The notes: generated by a model not told the origin, from the sequence alone. Positions 1 through 11,372 are shown, numbered from the whole stretch's first letter. The stretch: 61,224 nucleotides of DNA, filler included, from Dugesia japonica (GCA_001938525.1; 4 parts of 4 records of this genome joined end to end with filler, not necessarily neighbours in it); one strand, 5' to 3'. Numbers and translations: made by a program.

Positions 1-139
1 GCTATATAGAGAAGGTATTTATATAGCCCCATAGGGGCTATATAGAGAAGGTATTTATATAGCCCTCTTTAGAGGGCTATATAGAGAAGGTATTTATATA
101 GCCCCATAGGGGCTATATAGAGAAGGTATATATATAGCC
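1..139. repeat. Palindromic tandem repeat; alternating 36/39-bp units form a 75-bp higher-order repeat
   Basis: Core GCTATATAGAGAAGGTATTTATATAGC starts at 1, 37, 76 and 112. Junctions alternate CCCC-ATA-GGGG and CCCTCT-TT-AGAGGG. Truncated by the N gap. Confidence 0.9.
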
Positions 140-907
140 NNNNNNNNNNNNNNNNNNNNNNNNNNNNNNNNNNNNNNNNNNNNNNNNNNNNNNNNNNNNN
201 NNNNNNNNNNNNNNNNNNNNNNNNNNNNNNNNNNNNNNNNNNNNNNNNNNNNNNNNNNNNNNNNNNNNNNNNNNNNNNNNNNNAAAAANNNNNNNNNNNN
301 NNNNNNNNNNNNNNNNNNNNNNNNNNNNNNNNNNNNNNNNNNNNNNNNNNNNNNNNNNNNNNNNNNNNNNNNNNNNNNNNNNNNNNNNNNNNNNNNNNNN
401 NNNNNNNNNNNNNNNNNNNNNNNNNNNNNNNNNNNNNNNNNNNNNNNNNNNNNNNNNNNNNNNNNNNNNNNNNNNNNNNNNNNNNNNNNNNNNNNNNNNN
501 NNNNNNNNNNNNNNNNNNNNNNNNNNNNNNNNNNNNNNNNNNNNNNNNNNNNNNNNNNNNNNNNNNNNNNNNNNNNNNNNNNNNNNNNNNNNNNNNNNNN
601 NNNNNNNNNNNNNNNNNNNNNNNNNNNNNNNNNNNNNNNNNNNNNNNNNNNNNNNNNNNNNNNNNNNNNNNNNNNNNNNNNNNNNNNNNNNNNNNNNNNN
701 NNNNNNNNNNNNNNNNNNNNNNNNNNNNNNNNNNNNNNNNNNNNNNNNNNNNNNNNNNNNNNNNNNNNAATAACCAGCTATAAAGGCTTGGGAAAATGTA
801 ACAAGCCTACAATATGGGGAAAACAATAAAAATAAGAGAAATAGGAAAAAACGATANNNNNNNNNNNNNNNNNNNNNNNNNNNNNNNNNNNNNNNNNNNN
901 NNNNNNA

Positions 908-1442
908 AAAACTAAGATATCATCCAAATAAACCAAGGCTTTGAGACCATTTATCCGATTAATACTTTATTCACAAGTTCTTGAAACGTTCCTGGAGCAA
1001 CAGCTATACCAAATGGCATTCTTGTAAAACAAAATTGTATTAATTTTGTTGGAAATGCTGTCTTTTCTTGTGGTTTTTTATCCAATTCCACTTAATAATA
1101 CGCATTTCCGAGATTAATTGAACTTAAATAACGTGCATCATGTAAAATATCCAACAATTCTTCTTCATTTGGCATCTGGAAAGCTTGTCTAACAGTTATT
1201 TTGTTTAGTTGTCTAAAATATAAGCACAATCTTATATCTTTTTTATCTTTCTTCCATACGCACACCAATTATGTATTCCATGGTGAATTACATTTCCTGA
1301 TAATATTATTTTCATATAAANNNNNNNNNNNNNNNNNNNNNNNNNNNNNNNNNNNNNNNNNNNNNNNNNNNGGTTTCATTAAAATTGGACCTCCTTCCGT
1401 TATTATTGAATGTTTTATCAAATTTGTACATCCAATATCCCA
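908..1442 (-). pseudogene. Ty3/Gypsy reverse transcriptase fragment (decayed)
   Basis: Minus strand reads WDIGCTNLIKHSIITEGGPILMKP...CNSPWNT*LVCVWKKDKKDIRLCLYFRQLNKIT...KTAF...FTRMPFGIAVAPGTFQELVN. These are Gypsy RT motifs with internal stops. Confidence 0.85.
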
Positions 1443-1462
1443 CGCGTATAGTAGATAGAATA

Positions 1463-1519
1463 AAGAACTGGTAAAAATACATTATAGAGATTACAAAACC
1501 CATAACCAAAAGCAATTCT
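1463..1519 (-). tRNA. trnT: mt tRNA-Thr (TGT)
   Basis: Acceptor stem AGAATTG/CAGTTCT; loop tt-TGT-aa. Confidence 0.7.
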
Positions 1520-1580
1520 ATCAAAAGGGCAAAAGCCATAATTAAAGCTTAAATTTAACCCATTATTCTGGCACTTTAGA
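1520..1580 (-). tRNA. trnL2: mt tRNA-Leu (TAA)
   Basis: Anticodon arm TTAAA-tt-TAA-gc-TTTAA; follows rrnL. Confidence 0.75.
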
Positions 1581-2472
1581 ATAAAAACAAATAAAGTCCT
1601 TTCGTACAATTAGTTTAAGTTTAAGATAAAAACCAACCTGATTCACATCGGTCTAAACTCAAATCACGAATAGTATTAAAAGTCGAACAGACTAAAACAA
1701 ACAGAGCTTTTGCTCCCAAGCTTAACTATAATTCAACATCGAGGTAGAAAACAATTTCTTAGATAAGAACTCCTAGAAAGTATCTCCCTGTTATCCCTAA
1801 GGAAGCTTAATATAATAGACAATCTTTCAAAAAAAAGAGGATATCCCATCCAAAAGTAACAAACAAAAGAACTTAAAGCTCTGTAGGGTCTTTTTGTCTT
1901 TAAAGAAACAACTGCATCTTTACAGAAAATTTAAATTCTAGAAACCGCTAATAATACAAGAAACCATATCATTAACTCATTCAAACAATTCTAAAATGAC
2001 TAGACAAGTAATTATGCTACCTTCGTACAGTCATAATACTGCAGCTATTTAAAACTCATTGAGCAGAGTTTACCTATTAAAAAATAAGAAATGTTTTTAA
2101 GAAACAGTTGTAAAGCCCCCGAGTAATAAAAACGGTATTTTATAATAATATCTTAATAACAAAAATAATTAAAAAATAGAAAATAAAAACAATTAAAATA
2201 TCTTTTAAAAAAATAAAATGCTAATATCAAGCATAAGAAATTATAAAAGAAAAAACAACAATCTAATAAATTAGCTCAAACTAAAAAAATAGAATACTAG
2301 ATTTAAAGAATCGAAAGAATGTCACCACTAAATATAAGTCTTAAATACTATTAACTAGCACCTTATAAACAAAACAGCTTATACCTAAATCTTCAATAAT
2401 CGAGAAAAGAAACATAGAGTAAACTAAAACCCATGATACAAAAAGGAAGAGTTACAACCAAATAAAATCTAT
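1581..2472 (-). rRNA. rrnL: mt large subunit rRNA
   Basis: Conserved 16S motifs on the plus strand: CGGTCTAAACTCAAATCACG, AGTCGAACAGAC, TTCAACATCGAGGT, CTGTTATCCCTA. Confidence 0.92.
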
Positions 2473-2537
2473 AAGAAAGCTAAGCTACAAACCTAACAAT
2501 ACAAAGTTAGAAGCTTCGTAACCTTATGTAAAGTTTC
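2473..2537 (-). tRNA. trnS1: mt tRNA-Ser (AGN, anticodon TCT)
   Basis: GAAG-ct-TCT-aa-CTTT arm; sits before rrnL. Confidence 0.65.
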
Positions 2538-2542
2538 CAATC

Positions 2543-2600
2543 TTATGCCAAAGGATCTTTTATTTGGAAAATAAAAATATTAAATATAATACACAAAACT
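2543..2600 (-). tRNA. trnG: mt tRNA-Gly (TCC)
   Basis: TTAT-tt-TCC-aa-ATAA arm. Confidence 0.7.
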
Positions 2601-2660
2601 CTAAAAACGATAGTTACTAAAACATTTACAATGTCTCTTTCTTATTAAAATACTTAGAAA
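2599..2660 (-). tRNA. trnY: mt tRNA-Tyr (GTA)
   Basis: GACA-tt-GTA-aa-TGTT arm. Confidence 0.7.
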
Positions 2661-2721
2661 TAAAAAAGAAAACCTCTATAACTAAGTTCTAAACATAGCA
2701 CATTTATCTGCCATATTTACA
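2658..2721 (-). tRNA. trnL1: mt tRNA-Leu (TAG)
   Basis: TGGCAGA D-arm; TAG anticodon loop directly after rrnS. Confidence 0.7.
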
Positions 2722-3427
2722 AGTGCAACTTCAGATACACTTACCATGTTACGACTTATCTCCTAAAAGAGAGATTGACGGGCAGTGTGTACCCCAATCT
2801 GTTCATAAATTCAACCCTGCCAATTAACAAAAAGTTTACTGCCTAGTCCTAACTTGATTAGCTTTTTCAAACGAACAATAAAATAGTATTAAAAACAATA
2901 TCTAAAGTATTTGCAGCACAATGATTTGAATTAAAATAAGTTAATTATCTATAACATATCTAATGTTCAACCGTACACTAACATAGTATTTTAACAAATA
3001 CATACCTTAATTAGTTATTAAGTGTAAAATCTTTTTCAACGCTCATAATCCCCAAGAATCCAAATTGACTGCCAAGTTCTTTCATTTAACGTGGTAAAAA
3101 AATAACAATTCCAATAATCATATAAAATGAGTCTAAAAGAGAAAGTTAATAATAAACAAAAACAAGAATATTTACAAATAAACGCAATATAATCAATTTG
3201 TAATGTCAAAGTTTTAAACCAAAAAATAAATAAAAAGGTAATACAAAGAATAACCGCAGCTGCTGGCACTCTAGTTAGCTACCTCAATTGAGCAATCCAA
3301 AAAAAGAATCTAAAAATCTATTATACAGAAAGCATACCTAAAAGACTTTAAAGATAAATTAAAGATTAAAAAAACTAACCTTATAGTATTAAAGCTCAAA
3401 AATTTATTATGCCAGAACCAAACAGAA
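2722..3427 (-). rRNA. rrnS: mt small subunit rRNA
   Basis: Minus strand carries GTGCCAGCAGCTGCGGTTA, ACACACTGCCCGTCA and AAGTCGTAACATGGTAAG. Confidence 0.92.
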
Positions 3428-3491
3428 AATCCCAAGGAGAACCATCAAAGTCGCTTCAAAACATCACTTTAAATTAAGCTATCAGGAATAA
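3428..3491 (-). tRNA. trnF: mt tRNA-Phe (GAA)
   Basis: TAGCTTAA D-arm; tt-GAA-gc loop; sits before rrnS. Confidence 0.65.
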
Positions 3492-3499
3492 TATAACTT

Positions 3500-3561
3500 A
3501 TCAGAAGAAGGAACCCTACAACAATACCACAAATTGACATTTTATATAAACTACTCTAAAA
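3500..3561 (-). tRNA. trnH: mt tRNA-His (GTG)
   Basis: CAAT-tt-GTG-gt-ATTG arm. Confidence 0.75.
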
Positions 3562-3575
3562 AGAGAAATAAAACA

Positions 3576-3645
3576 ACAAGGGGAATAAAACACCTCCAGA
3601 ATATGAATCTAGTAGTCTAGATATTAAATTTAACCTACCCGTGTT
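3576..3645 (-). tRNA. trnM: mt tRNA-Met (CAT)
   Basis: CTAGA-tt-CAT-at-TCTGG arm. Confidence 0.75.
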
Positions 3646-3653
3646 GGGATAAA

Positions 3654-4376
3654 TTAACCGAACCATCGACGAATAAAGGCTCAGACCTTACGAATAATAG
3701 ATCAAACATAATAAAAAAAGGAAAGAAAAAGAGAAATTAAATATTGAAAAAAAAGAGACAAGTAGCTATAAAGAAGCTTGTAATCAAAAGAAGATAAATT
3801 ATTAGGAAAATTGGAAATAAAAACACAGATTCAATTATAAAACTTGAAAGAAACAATATAAAGAATATTAAAAATAAACTTTAAAAACCGATTAGCTCTC
3901 GAAAGAACAAAATAAAACACATAAGAAATAGCACCAAATATAACAGCGTAGAGACCTACTTCTAAAAAAATAATAAAAGCAATAAAACGAAATAACCAAC
4001 GAAATAAAAAATAACGAGACATTAAGTCAAAAATATTGCTCTTAATAAGAAAAAGATAGTAACGAAAAAAAGAAAAAAAAGAATTTAAAGAAGAACGAAC
4101 CTTACGAGAGATAGCAACCAAAGAATCATAATAATGAACAACAAGAAACAAAAAGAAAAAACAAGATAAAATAAACAGCCTAAAAAAATAGAAGTTAGGA
4201 TTTAAATGAGAGATTAGTAAGGCAGCCGAGAACGTATCTACATAAAAGACCCTATCTGTATATGAACGAGCATATGCATATAAACCTTGGGTACTAGAAC
4301 AAAAAAACCTAGAATCAAAAAAATGAAAGGAATTAAATAAATAAATAAACTCAAAAAAGTGTAATTTGGCAAAAAG
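3654..4376 (-). CDS. Unassigned hydrophobic mitochondrial ORF at the position of the putative triclad atp8; start uncertain
   Basis: In code 9 the frame of track ORF 3831-4151 is open from 4376 to the TAA at 3654-3656 (241 codons), ending ...VWSIIRKVWAFIRRWFG*. It lies between nad2 and trnM. Confidence 0.6.
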
Positions 4377-5207
4377 CTAAAAAAGCTACTTAAAACAACT
4401 AAGTAACCAAAAGTACTAAACAAATTTACTAATATAACCCTAACTAAAAAAGAATATTTAGATACACTAAAATAAACAAGTAACTTTAAGGCCCAACCAA
4501 GCATCGGAGGAAAACTACAAAAGAATAAGAAAGATAACCAAAACCAAAATCCTAAACCAAAATCCAAACCAAGCAATTCATAAAAATAAAGATATTCAAC
4601 ACCATAAGATAAAACAAAAACAGACAATGAACCAAAAAATAAATAAAGAGAAATATAAATAAGAGCTAAATAAGAACCATGGCACAATAATAACAAAAAC
4701 CAACCACAATGTATTTTAGAAGATCAGACCAAAAGGCTCTTTAAACAGCCCTTACTCAATATTAAATATATACTAGAAACAAATACAGATAATAAAATAA
4801 TAAAATAGTAAAAATAATTAAAACCTAGAAATATATAGTAAAAAAGAAGAACTACTACAACCTTATGAAAAAACACCAAAAAACAAATAATAGAATAGGG
4901 CAAATTTATAACAACATTTGGAATAAATCATAAAAATGGGAAAAAAGAAAGCTTAAGCATAAAACCAAAAAAAAGAACATGAATAGAACAAGAAACAAAG
5001 CCATAAATAATCATTATATCAGAAAGGAGGGTCACCAAAATATAACATAAAGAATTAACATTAAACATTAAACCGCCAAAATAATGAATAAGAGCAAAAA
5101 GGCTGACGGATTGCAAAACTAAAAAAAAATAAAAAGAAGAAGTGCTAAAAAGTAATAAACAAACCCTACCTAAAAGGTACCTAAAAAAAAATATATAATA
5201 AACCTAG
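4238..5207 (-). CDS. nad2: NADH dehydrogenase subunit 2 (mt/NUMT)
   Basis: KLSFFPFLWFIP and SFPPMLGWALKL motifs; TGA read as Trp joins the track ORFs. Start is approximate. Confidence 0.85.
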
Positions 5208-5271
5208 CTAACCTAAGCCAACATGCACCTTCTAAGAGCAAAATAGAAATTCTTCAAAACTATTAAGCTAA
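5208..5271 (-). tRNA. trnA: mt tRNA-Ala (TGC)
   Basis: TTCTA...TGC...TAGAA arm between nad3 and nad2. Confidence 0.65.
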
Positions 5272-5272
5272 A

Positions 5273-5621
5273 TTAAACCTTTCAAAGTAAAAGGCCACTG
5301 AATAACTCTAAAAGAACACCAATCAACAATAAAAGAAAAACCAATAAATAAAAAAAACGATTACCATAATAAGAAAAAAAACACTCATATGGTAATTGTA
5401 ACAAAAAACAAATCTCTACATCAAAAATTATAAAAACTAACAAAACCAAAAAAAAATATAAAGAAAAAGGTAAACGAGAAAGATCCTTAGAATCAAAACC
5501 ACACTCATAAACCGATATAACTTCACGGCTACTATAATAAATAGAATCAACATACCAAATTCAAAGAGAAAAGAAAGAGACCAAAATTAAAGAGAATACA
5601 ATAAAAGAAAAGGGGATCCAT
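5273..5621 (-). CDS. nad3: NADH dehydrogenase subunit 3 (mt/NUMT); +1 homopolymer frameshift near the start
   Basis: YECGF...RLPFS...IFDVEI motifs. The ATG at 5621 is one base out of frame across a CCCCTTTT run. Confidence 0.88.
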
Positions 5622-5684
5622 AAAACAGGAGAGATCCCTAACCCCCAAAGCTAGTATTTTGAGTTGCTTAAACTATTCTAAGGT
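5621..5684 (-). tRNA. trnP: mt tRNA-Pro (TGG)
   Basis: CTAGC-tt-TGG-gg-GTTAG arm. Confidence 0.7.
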
Positions 5685-6351
5685 AAATTACCTCAAGAAA
5701 ACGAGTAACAACATCATTATGATCTACTTCTGAGTAAGCATTAATAGCTAAAGGCATATAAGAATGGTTTAAACCACAAACCTCTGAACACTGACCATAA
5801 TAAACACCAGGATGCATAGGAAGTATATAACCTACATTATAACGACCATTAACACAATCTAACTTAAAAGAAAACTCAGGAAGACTATAACTATGAATAA
5901 CATCCTTAGAAGTACAAACAATACGACTGACCTTACCTACTTTAAGTAACAAAGGATCAACAACAGAAAGGTTACGAACAACCCCCTTTCTAACAGCGGC
6001 CATAACAGAAGTGTAATCCAAACGACAATCACAATATTCTCACAATCACTGCATGCCAGCAACATGAACAGATTCCTTACAGCCATAAGAACCTATCTTC
6101 TCTTGATAATATAAAGAAGTTAAACTAGGAATTGAAGCCATGAATAAAGCCAAACCTGGAGCAATAGTTCAATAAAGCTCCAACTTGGAAGAATCCAAAC
6201 AATCACCATAATAAAAAGAAGAATTTGGAAAAGCAGTAATTAAAAAAATAACCAAATAGCTAACAAAAACAACTAATAAAATAGAAAAAGAATAAAAAAC
6301 ATCAATATACTTACCATTTAAAGAATACATATTAACCAAACTATAACTCAA
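5668..6351 (-). CDS. cox2: Cytochrome c oxidase subunit II (mt/NUMT)
   Basis: DVIHS and CuA motif GQCSEVCGLNHSYMP; continuous in code 9. Confidence 0.95.
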
Positions 6352-6413
6352 CTTAGAAGAAAAAAATTACGCCCAGTTTTGAAAACTGACAGTCTCAATA
6401 ACCTACATCTAAT
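6351..6413 (-). tRNA. trnW: mt tRNA-Trp (TCA)
   Basis: CAGT-tt-TCA-aa-ACTG arm. Confidence 0.75.
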
Positions 6414-6424
6414 AAAGCAAAAGC

Positions 6425-7310
6425 TTAAAATAAAACAACAAGTAAACCTAACAAAACATAGATTAAACAATAAAACCAAGAGAAACGCATCAATAAATCA
6501 TAGCGAAAACGAGGAAAGGAAGAACGAAGAAGAATAAAAACCAAAGAAAAAAAAGAACCTACAAAAAGAATTAACCAATCAAAATAAAAAAAAGAATACA
6601 ACAACACCCATAAACAAGAAACAAAAATAACTTGACCATACTCTCCAAGAAATAAACAAGCAAACTCCAAAGAACCATATTCTGTATTAAATCCAGAAAC
6701 TAACTCCCTCTCACCTTCAGAGAAATCAAAAGGTGAACGATTAGTCTCAGCAACTAAACTTACAAATCAAATAAGAGAAAAAAAAGGAAACAAAAAGAAA
6801 TAAAAAAAACCATCATAAACAAAACTATAAAAAATAACAGAAGTCTGCAAACCAACAGAAAAAAGGGAACAAAAAACAAACAAAACCTCATAAGAAATAA
6901 TCTGAGCAGAACCACGAATAGAACCTAACAAAGAGTACTTAGATTTCCTACTTCAACCAGATCATAAAACACAATAAACATTTAAACCATTTATAGCCAT
7001 GAAAAACAAAAACCCGTAACATAAATAGCTAAAAGAAGAGGATAAAGGAAACAGACACCAAACAAAAAGCAAAATCAAAACGGCCATTAAAGGACTTAAC
7101 CAAAAGAAATAATAATTAGAACTTAAAATCTTACTCCTCCTCTTAAAAAAAAGCTTTAAAGTATCTGATACAGGATTTAGAATACCTAAAATACCCACCT
7201 TATTGGGGCCCTTACGTAACTGAATGTAGCCCATAATCTTACGTTCAAGCATCGTAAAAAACAAAACAGAAATTAGAACGCCCAATCAAACAAGACTATA
7301 ATATAAAAGC
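6425..7310 (-). CDS. nad1: NADH dehydrogenase subunit 1 (mt/NUMT)
   Basis: ERKIMGYIQLRKGPNKVG, AETNRSPFDFSEGE and PRFRYDLLM motifs. Confidence 0.95.
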
Positions 7311-7371
7311 AAAGTAAAGGAAAAACACCGAAAAGACGTAAACCAATCGTACTAAAATTATACTACTCTAC
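7308..7371 (-). tRNA. trnV: mt tRNA-Val (TAC)
   Basis: tt-TAC-gt loop between atp6 and nad1. Confidence 0.6.
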
Positions 7372-8006
7372 CTACATAAAATAAACAACAGTTAACATAG
7401 TAAACACTCCTGACTCAATAAAAGAAACAAAAACCTCAAAAAACAAATAAAAACATAAAGTAATAAAGTTTAGAAACATACAAGAAAAATAAACACTACC
7501 AGAAATAACATGTCTAAACACATGGCCAGCAGAAATATTAATAAGCAAACGAACAGCTAAAGTAATTACACGAACTCAAAAACTAACAAACTCAATAGCA
7601 ACTAATAAAGGACTTAACAATATAGGGCAACCTAAATGGACCATATGTCTAACAAAAGAAACCACATCAAAATATAAACTAATAAAAAAGACTAAAAAAA
7701 CAACAAAAGAACTAAAATAAAAACAAAACCAAAACTGAGAAGTTAAACCAACCAAATAAGGAAACAATGAAAACAAATTAGAAAATAATATAAACTTAAA
7801 AAGAAAAACAATAAAAACAATAAGACCCGAATAATTATAACCCCTAATCACCCAAAATAAAGAACCTTTCTGAGAAAAAAAACTCAAAAAAGAAAAATAA
7901 GAATAGTACCTTAACAAAAATAAAAAAATAAATAAAAAGGAACAAATAAAGAAAGGATCATAAAAAAAGGAAAAGCTATAATCAAAAGAATCAAAGAGAT
8001 TATCCA
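7372..8006 (-). CDS. atp6: ATP synthase F0 subunit 6 (mt/NUMT)
   Basis: IEFVSFWVRVITLAVRLLINISAGH motif; TAG at 7372-7374. Start is approximate. Confidence 0.92.
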
Positions 8007-8008
8007 GA

Positions 8009-8074
8009 AAGACGATGAGAGAAACCCTCTAGATTAAAGTAAGAATTTAACACTTAAAAAAAGATTTCAACGCA
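8009..8074 (-). tRNA. trnK: mt tRNA-Lys (CTT)
   Basis: TTAAA-tt-CTT-ac-TTTAA arm. A CTT anticodon fits AAA=Asn. Confidence 0.75.
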
Positions 8075-8135
8075 ATGAAGAAAAACTTCCCCTCAAGAAT
8101 CAAAATCTTATATGCATAATACACCCAAAAAAAAT
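8075..8135 (-). tRNA. trnQ: mt tRNA-Gln (TTG)
   Basis: TAAGA-tt-TTG-at-TCTTG arm. Confidence 0.65.
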
Positions 8136-8197
8136 AGTACCGAGAAAAAATCCACAATTTACTATATCAGAGTAACCTACTAAAGCAGCCCTAGTAC
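8136..8197 (-). tRNA. trnI: mt tRNA-Ile (GAT)
   Basis: TTACT-ct-GAT-at-AGTAA arm. Confidence 0.78.
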
Positions 8198-8198
8198 A

Positions 8199-9030
8199 CT
8201 AGGAACCGTATCAATAAACAAAAATATATAAAAACAACCAAACCACATCTACAAAATGTCAATACCAAGCAGCACACTCAAAACCGGAATGATCTAAAGT
8301 GGAATAATCTGCAGATCTGTAACGGAAACAACTAACAGAAAGCATCAATAAACCAACAAAAACATGAAAACCATGAAAACCAGTTAAAACAAAAAAGATA
8401 CTCCCATAAACTGTACTTTTAAAAGAAATATAACTAACAGTATACTCATAAAATTGAAAAAATAAAAAAAGAAAACCAAGAAACAAAGTCAAAAGATAAC
8501 CATAATATATATAATCAAAATACCAAACATAAAACCACCAACGAACCTCTACTTCCTCAAAATGTAAAATAGGAAAAGGTTTACTTAATATGCCATGATG
8601 AATTAAAGTAAGACTTAAACCAGAAGACAACAACAAAACAGTTTTTAATAAAGGGTAACCATAAACATCAACAAGAATAGAACCAAAGCCATAAGGAGGC
8701 CAAAGTTTAAGAAAATAACTAGGAGATCAACAATTAGAAAAATAACACCAAAAGAAACCAAAGAAAAACAAAACCTCAGAACAAATAAATAAGAGAAAAC
8801 CAAAACGAAATAAGAAGTGGCTAAAGGAAGTAAACAAACCAGAACTACCTTCAGAATTAAAAGCATCTAACCAACATCAAAGAGTTAAAACAAAAAATAA
8901 AAAGGACCAAAAAAAATAAGAAAAATAATGAAACTTTAAAGCATAAACTAAAGAAAAAGTAATAAAAAGAATTGAAAAAGAAGTACAAATAGGCCAAAGA
9001 CTGACATTTAGCAAACTAAAACAACTAAAA
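8199..9030 (-). CDS. cox3: Cytochrome c oxidase subunit III (mt/NUMT)
   Basis: LFICSEVLFF, LLNTVLLLSSG, TGFHGFHV and AAWYWHFVDVVW motifs; TAG at 8199. Start is approximate. Confidence 0.95.
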
Positions 9031-9035
9031 AAAGA

Positions 9036-9090
9036 ATAGAAAGTAGATGACTTCTTGTATGGGCCGAAACCATATCCTTGCAGGTCCCTA
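9036..9090 (-). tRNA. trnR: mt tRNA-Arg (TCG)
   Basis: ATGG-tt-TCG-gc-CCAT arm. Confidence 0.7.
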
Positions 9091-9152
9091 AACATAAATG
9101 ATAAAAACCACCAATTAACTGACAATTAACTATTCTAAATAAACTAAATTAT
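9091..9152 (-). tRNA. trnD: mt tRNA-Asp (GTC)
   Basis: GTTAA-tt-GTC-ag-TTAAT arm. Confidence 0.72.
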
Positions 9153-9154
9153 AA

Positions 9155-9209
9155 AAGATAGGAAAGTAAAAACATTCTAATACTGTTTTCAAAACAGAAA
9201 AACTATCTC
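9155..9209 (-). tRNA. trnS2: mt tRNA-Ser (TGA), lacking the D-arm
   Basis: AGATAG/CTATCT acceptor; CTGT-tt-TGA-aa-ACAG arm. Confidence 0.7.
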
Positions 9210-9227
9210 AAAACAAATAAAATAACT

Positions 9228-10844
9228 TATTAAAAATACCGACTTCGTAAAAAAAAAAAATAATATAACTAAGCCAAAAACAAGAGAAAAGCTCTAGCCA
9301 TAGAAAAGAAAACCAGATAAGTAATACCTAAAACAAAATAACCAGAACTCATATAATTAAAAGCAAAAGAAATTCAACCATTTAAATAAGAAAGAAAGCT
9401 AAATACAAAAATATTGGAATCCAAAAGATACGAAACAGAAAAAACACAAAGAAACAAATAAGAAAAAATTGAATATGCAACATGTATGAAATTATAAAAG
9501 AAATCATAACTACCAACAACCAAGTAACAGAACATAACAACAAAAACAAAGGAAATTATAACTAGAAAAGAGTCCCTCATGTTTAATCAAAAGAAGTAAT
9601 CAAAAGAAAAGCATAAACCATAAAATAAGATAAAAAAACTAAAAAGAACTGAAGAAGTTAAGGAATAACTATTATTCCAAAAATTATTAATATAAAAAGA
9701 GCTATTTAAAACAAAAATAAAAAGTAAACGAAAAGAATAGAAAACAGTAAGAAATAAGGAAAAAAAGAACAGGAACAACAAAAACAAGCCTAAATGTAAA
9801 CTAAATAATCTACCTAAAATTAACTCCTTAAAAAAGAAACAAGATAAAAAAGGAAAGCCTCTCAAAGAAAATCACTTAAAAAAAAATTAAAGAAAAAAAA
9901 GGATTAACAAACCATAATGAACTTAAGTAACGAAGATCTTGATTATGCCCACCAACAACCATGAAAGAACCAACAGAAACAAACAAGGAAGCCTTAAAAA
10001 CCGCATGTACTAATAAATAAGAATAAAAAAGATCATACAAGCCCAATCCCAAAATAAAAGCAAGCATACCTAACTGGCTTAAAGTAGAATAAGCAACTAG
10101 CTTCTTAGAATCAAAAGTAAAGATAGCACTAAACCTACCCAGATACAAAGTAAAAAGGCCCACACAAGAGAGTAGTAGGGATAAAAAAAAAGAAACAAGG
10201 TCTAAATAACGAAAAATTACGTATAAGCCAGCAACAACCAAAGTAGAAGAATGAACCCAAGCAGAAACAGGTGTAGGAGCTGACATAGCTTCCGGCAACC
10301 AATACCTGAAAGGAAATAAAGCGCTCTTAGAAAAAAGAGCAACAAGTAAAAGTAAAAATAAAGAAGAAACAAATAAAAAACCACCACAAGAAAAAAGCAT
10401 AACAAGACCCACTAAAAAAAGAGAATCACCCAAACGGTTTACCAAAAAAGTCTTTAGAGAAGCAGAAAAACTAGAGCCAGAACCAAACCAGCAAACTAAC
10501 AAAAAACTAACAAACCCTAAACCATCTCAACCAAGTAATAATGAAACCAACCCAGGAGAAACTACAAGCAAAACCATAGAAAGTATAAACATATTTAGCA
10601 AAGAAATGAAACGAGAAAGATTAAGCTCAAAATAAAAGTAATAGTCTATAAAAGAATATATACAAAGAACTATAGAAAATAAAACCATAAGAAACAAAAA
10701 TGTATAAAAATCCAAATAGAATAAATAAACTAAAAATTTAAAAGACACTAAACTAAAAATATCAAACAACAAGTACAAACTAAAGAAACTAAAATAATAA
10801 AAAAGGAATAAAGAAAAAAAGCTTAATAAGCCAAAAAGAATCAT
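9228..10844 (-). CDS. nad5: NADH dehydrogenase subunit 5 (mt/NUMT); frameshift near 9875
   Basis: LVNRLGD, WLPEAMSAPTPVSAxVHSSTLV and KKLVAYSTLSQLG motifs. The frame breaks beside the T-run at ~9875. Confidence 0.93.
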
Positions 10845-10853
10845 ATAAAAAAT

Positions 10854-11297
10854 CTAAGAAAATAAAGAACGAAGAGGACTACCAAATAAACCAGTAAAAA
10901 CATTAACATAAAAAAGAATCAATAAAAGAAAAGAAAAAAGGTAAAACAATCAGAAGAATTCATAACCTACAAACAAAAGATACGAAAAATCATCTGATAA
11001 AGAAAGAAAAAAAGACCTATCTAAAAAGCCTAAGACCAAAAAAGTAAAAAGAAAAAAAGATAACAAACAAAATAACAAAAATAGAGAAAAAGAATAATAA
11101 CTAGAAACGTTAGAATGTAAAGATAGTAAGTAAAAAAATAAAACCAACATGCCCCCAACATATACCAAAAAGAATAATAAAGAATACCATAAAGAGCCTA
11201 ACCAAACTAAAGTAAAAAATATAAACAAACAAAGTAACAAAAAAAGAACCCCCAAAAGAAACAAACTACCACAACCATACATAATAAAAAAAACCAC
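10854..11297 (-). CDS. nad6: NADH dehydrogenase subunit 6 (mt/NUMT)
   Basis: FLVYVGGMLVLFFY motif; GTG start; TAG at 10854-10856 in code 9. Confidence 0.92.
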
Positions 11298-11309
11298 AAA
11301 AAGGAGGAA

Positions 11310-11366
11310 CTTAGAATAAAGGACTTACCTGGAAACAGAAAATAACCAATTCTAATTAAACTAAAT

Positions 11367-11372
<6 letters not shown>
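11310..11372 (-). tRNA. trnE: mt tRNA-Glu (TTC)
   Basis: tt-TTC loop between cox1 and nad6. Confidence 0.6.

Noticed and set aside
1-139. CRISPR-like repeat-spacer array
   Set aside because: The spacers are 9-12 bp, recur and are palindromic; the context is eukaryotic with no cas genes.
1312-1609. Track ORFs resembling a small membrane protein (nad4L/atp8)
   Set aside because: They read through trnL2, trnT and the Gypsy junction.
9036-9125. Extended cox3 N-terminus in the ORF track
   Set aside because: Overlaps trnD and trnR.
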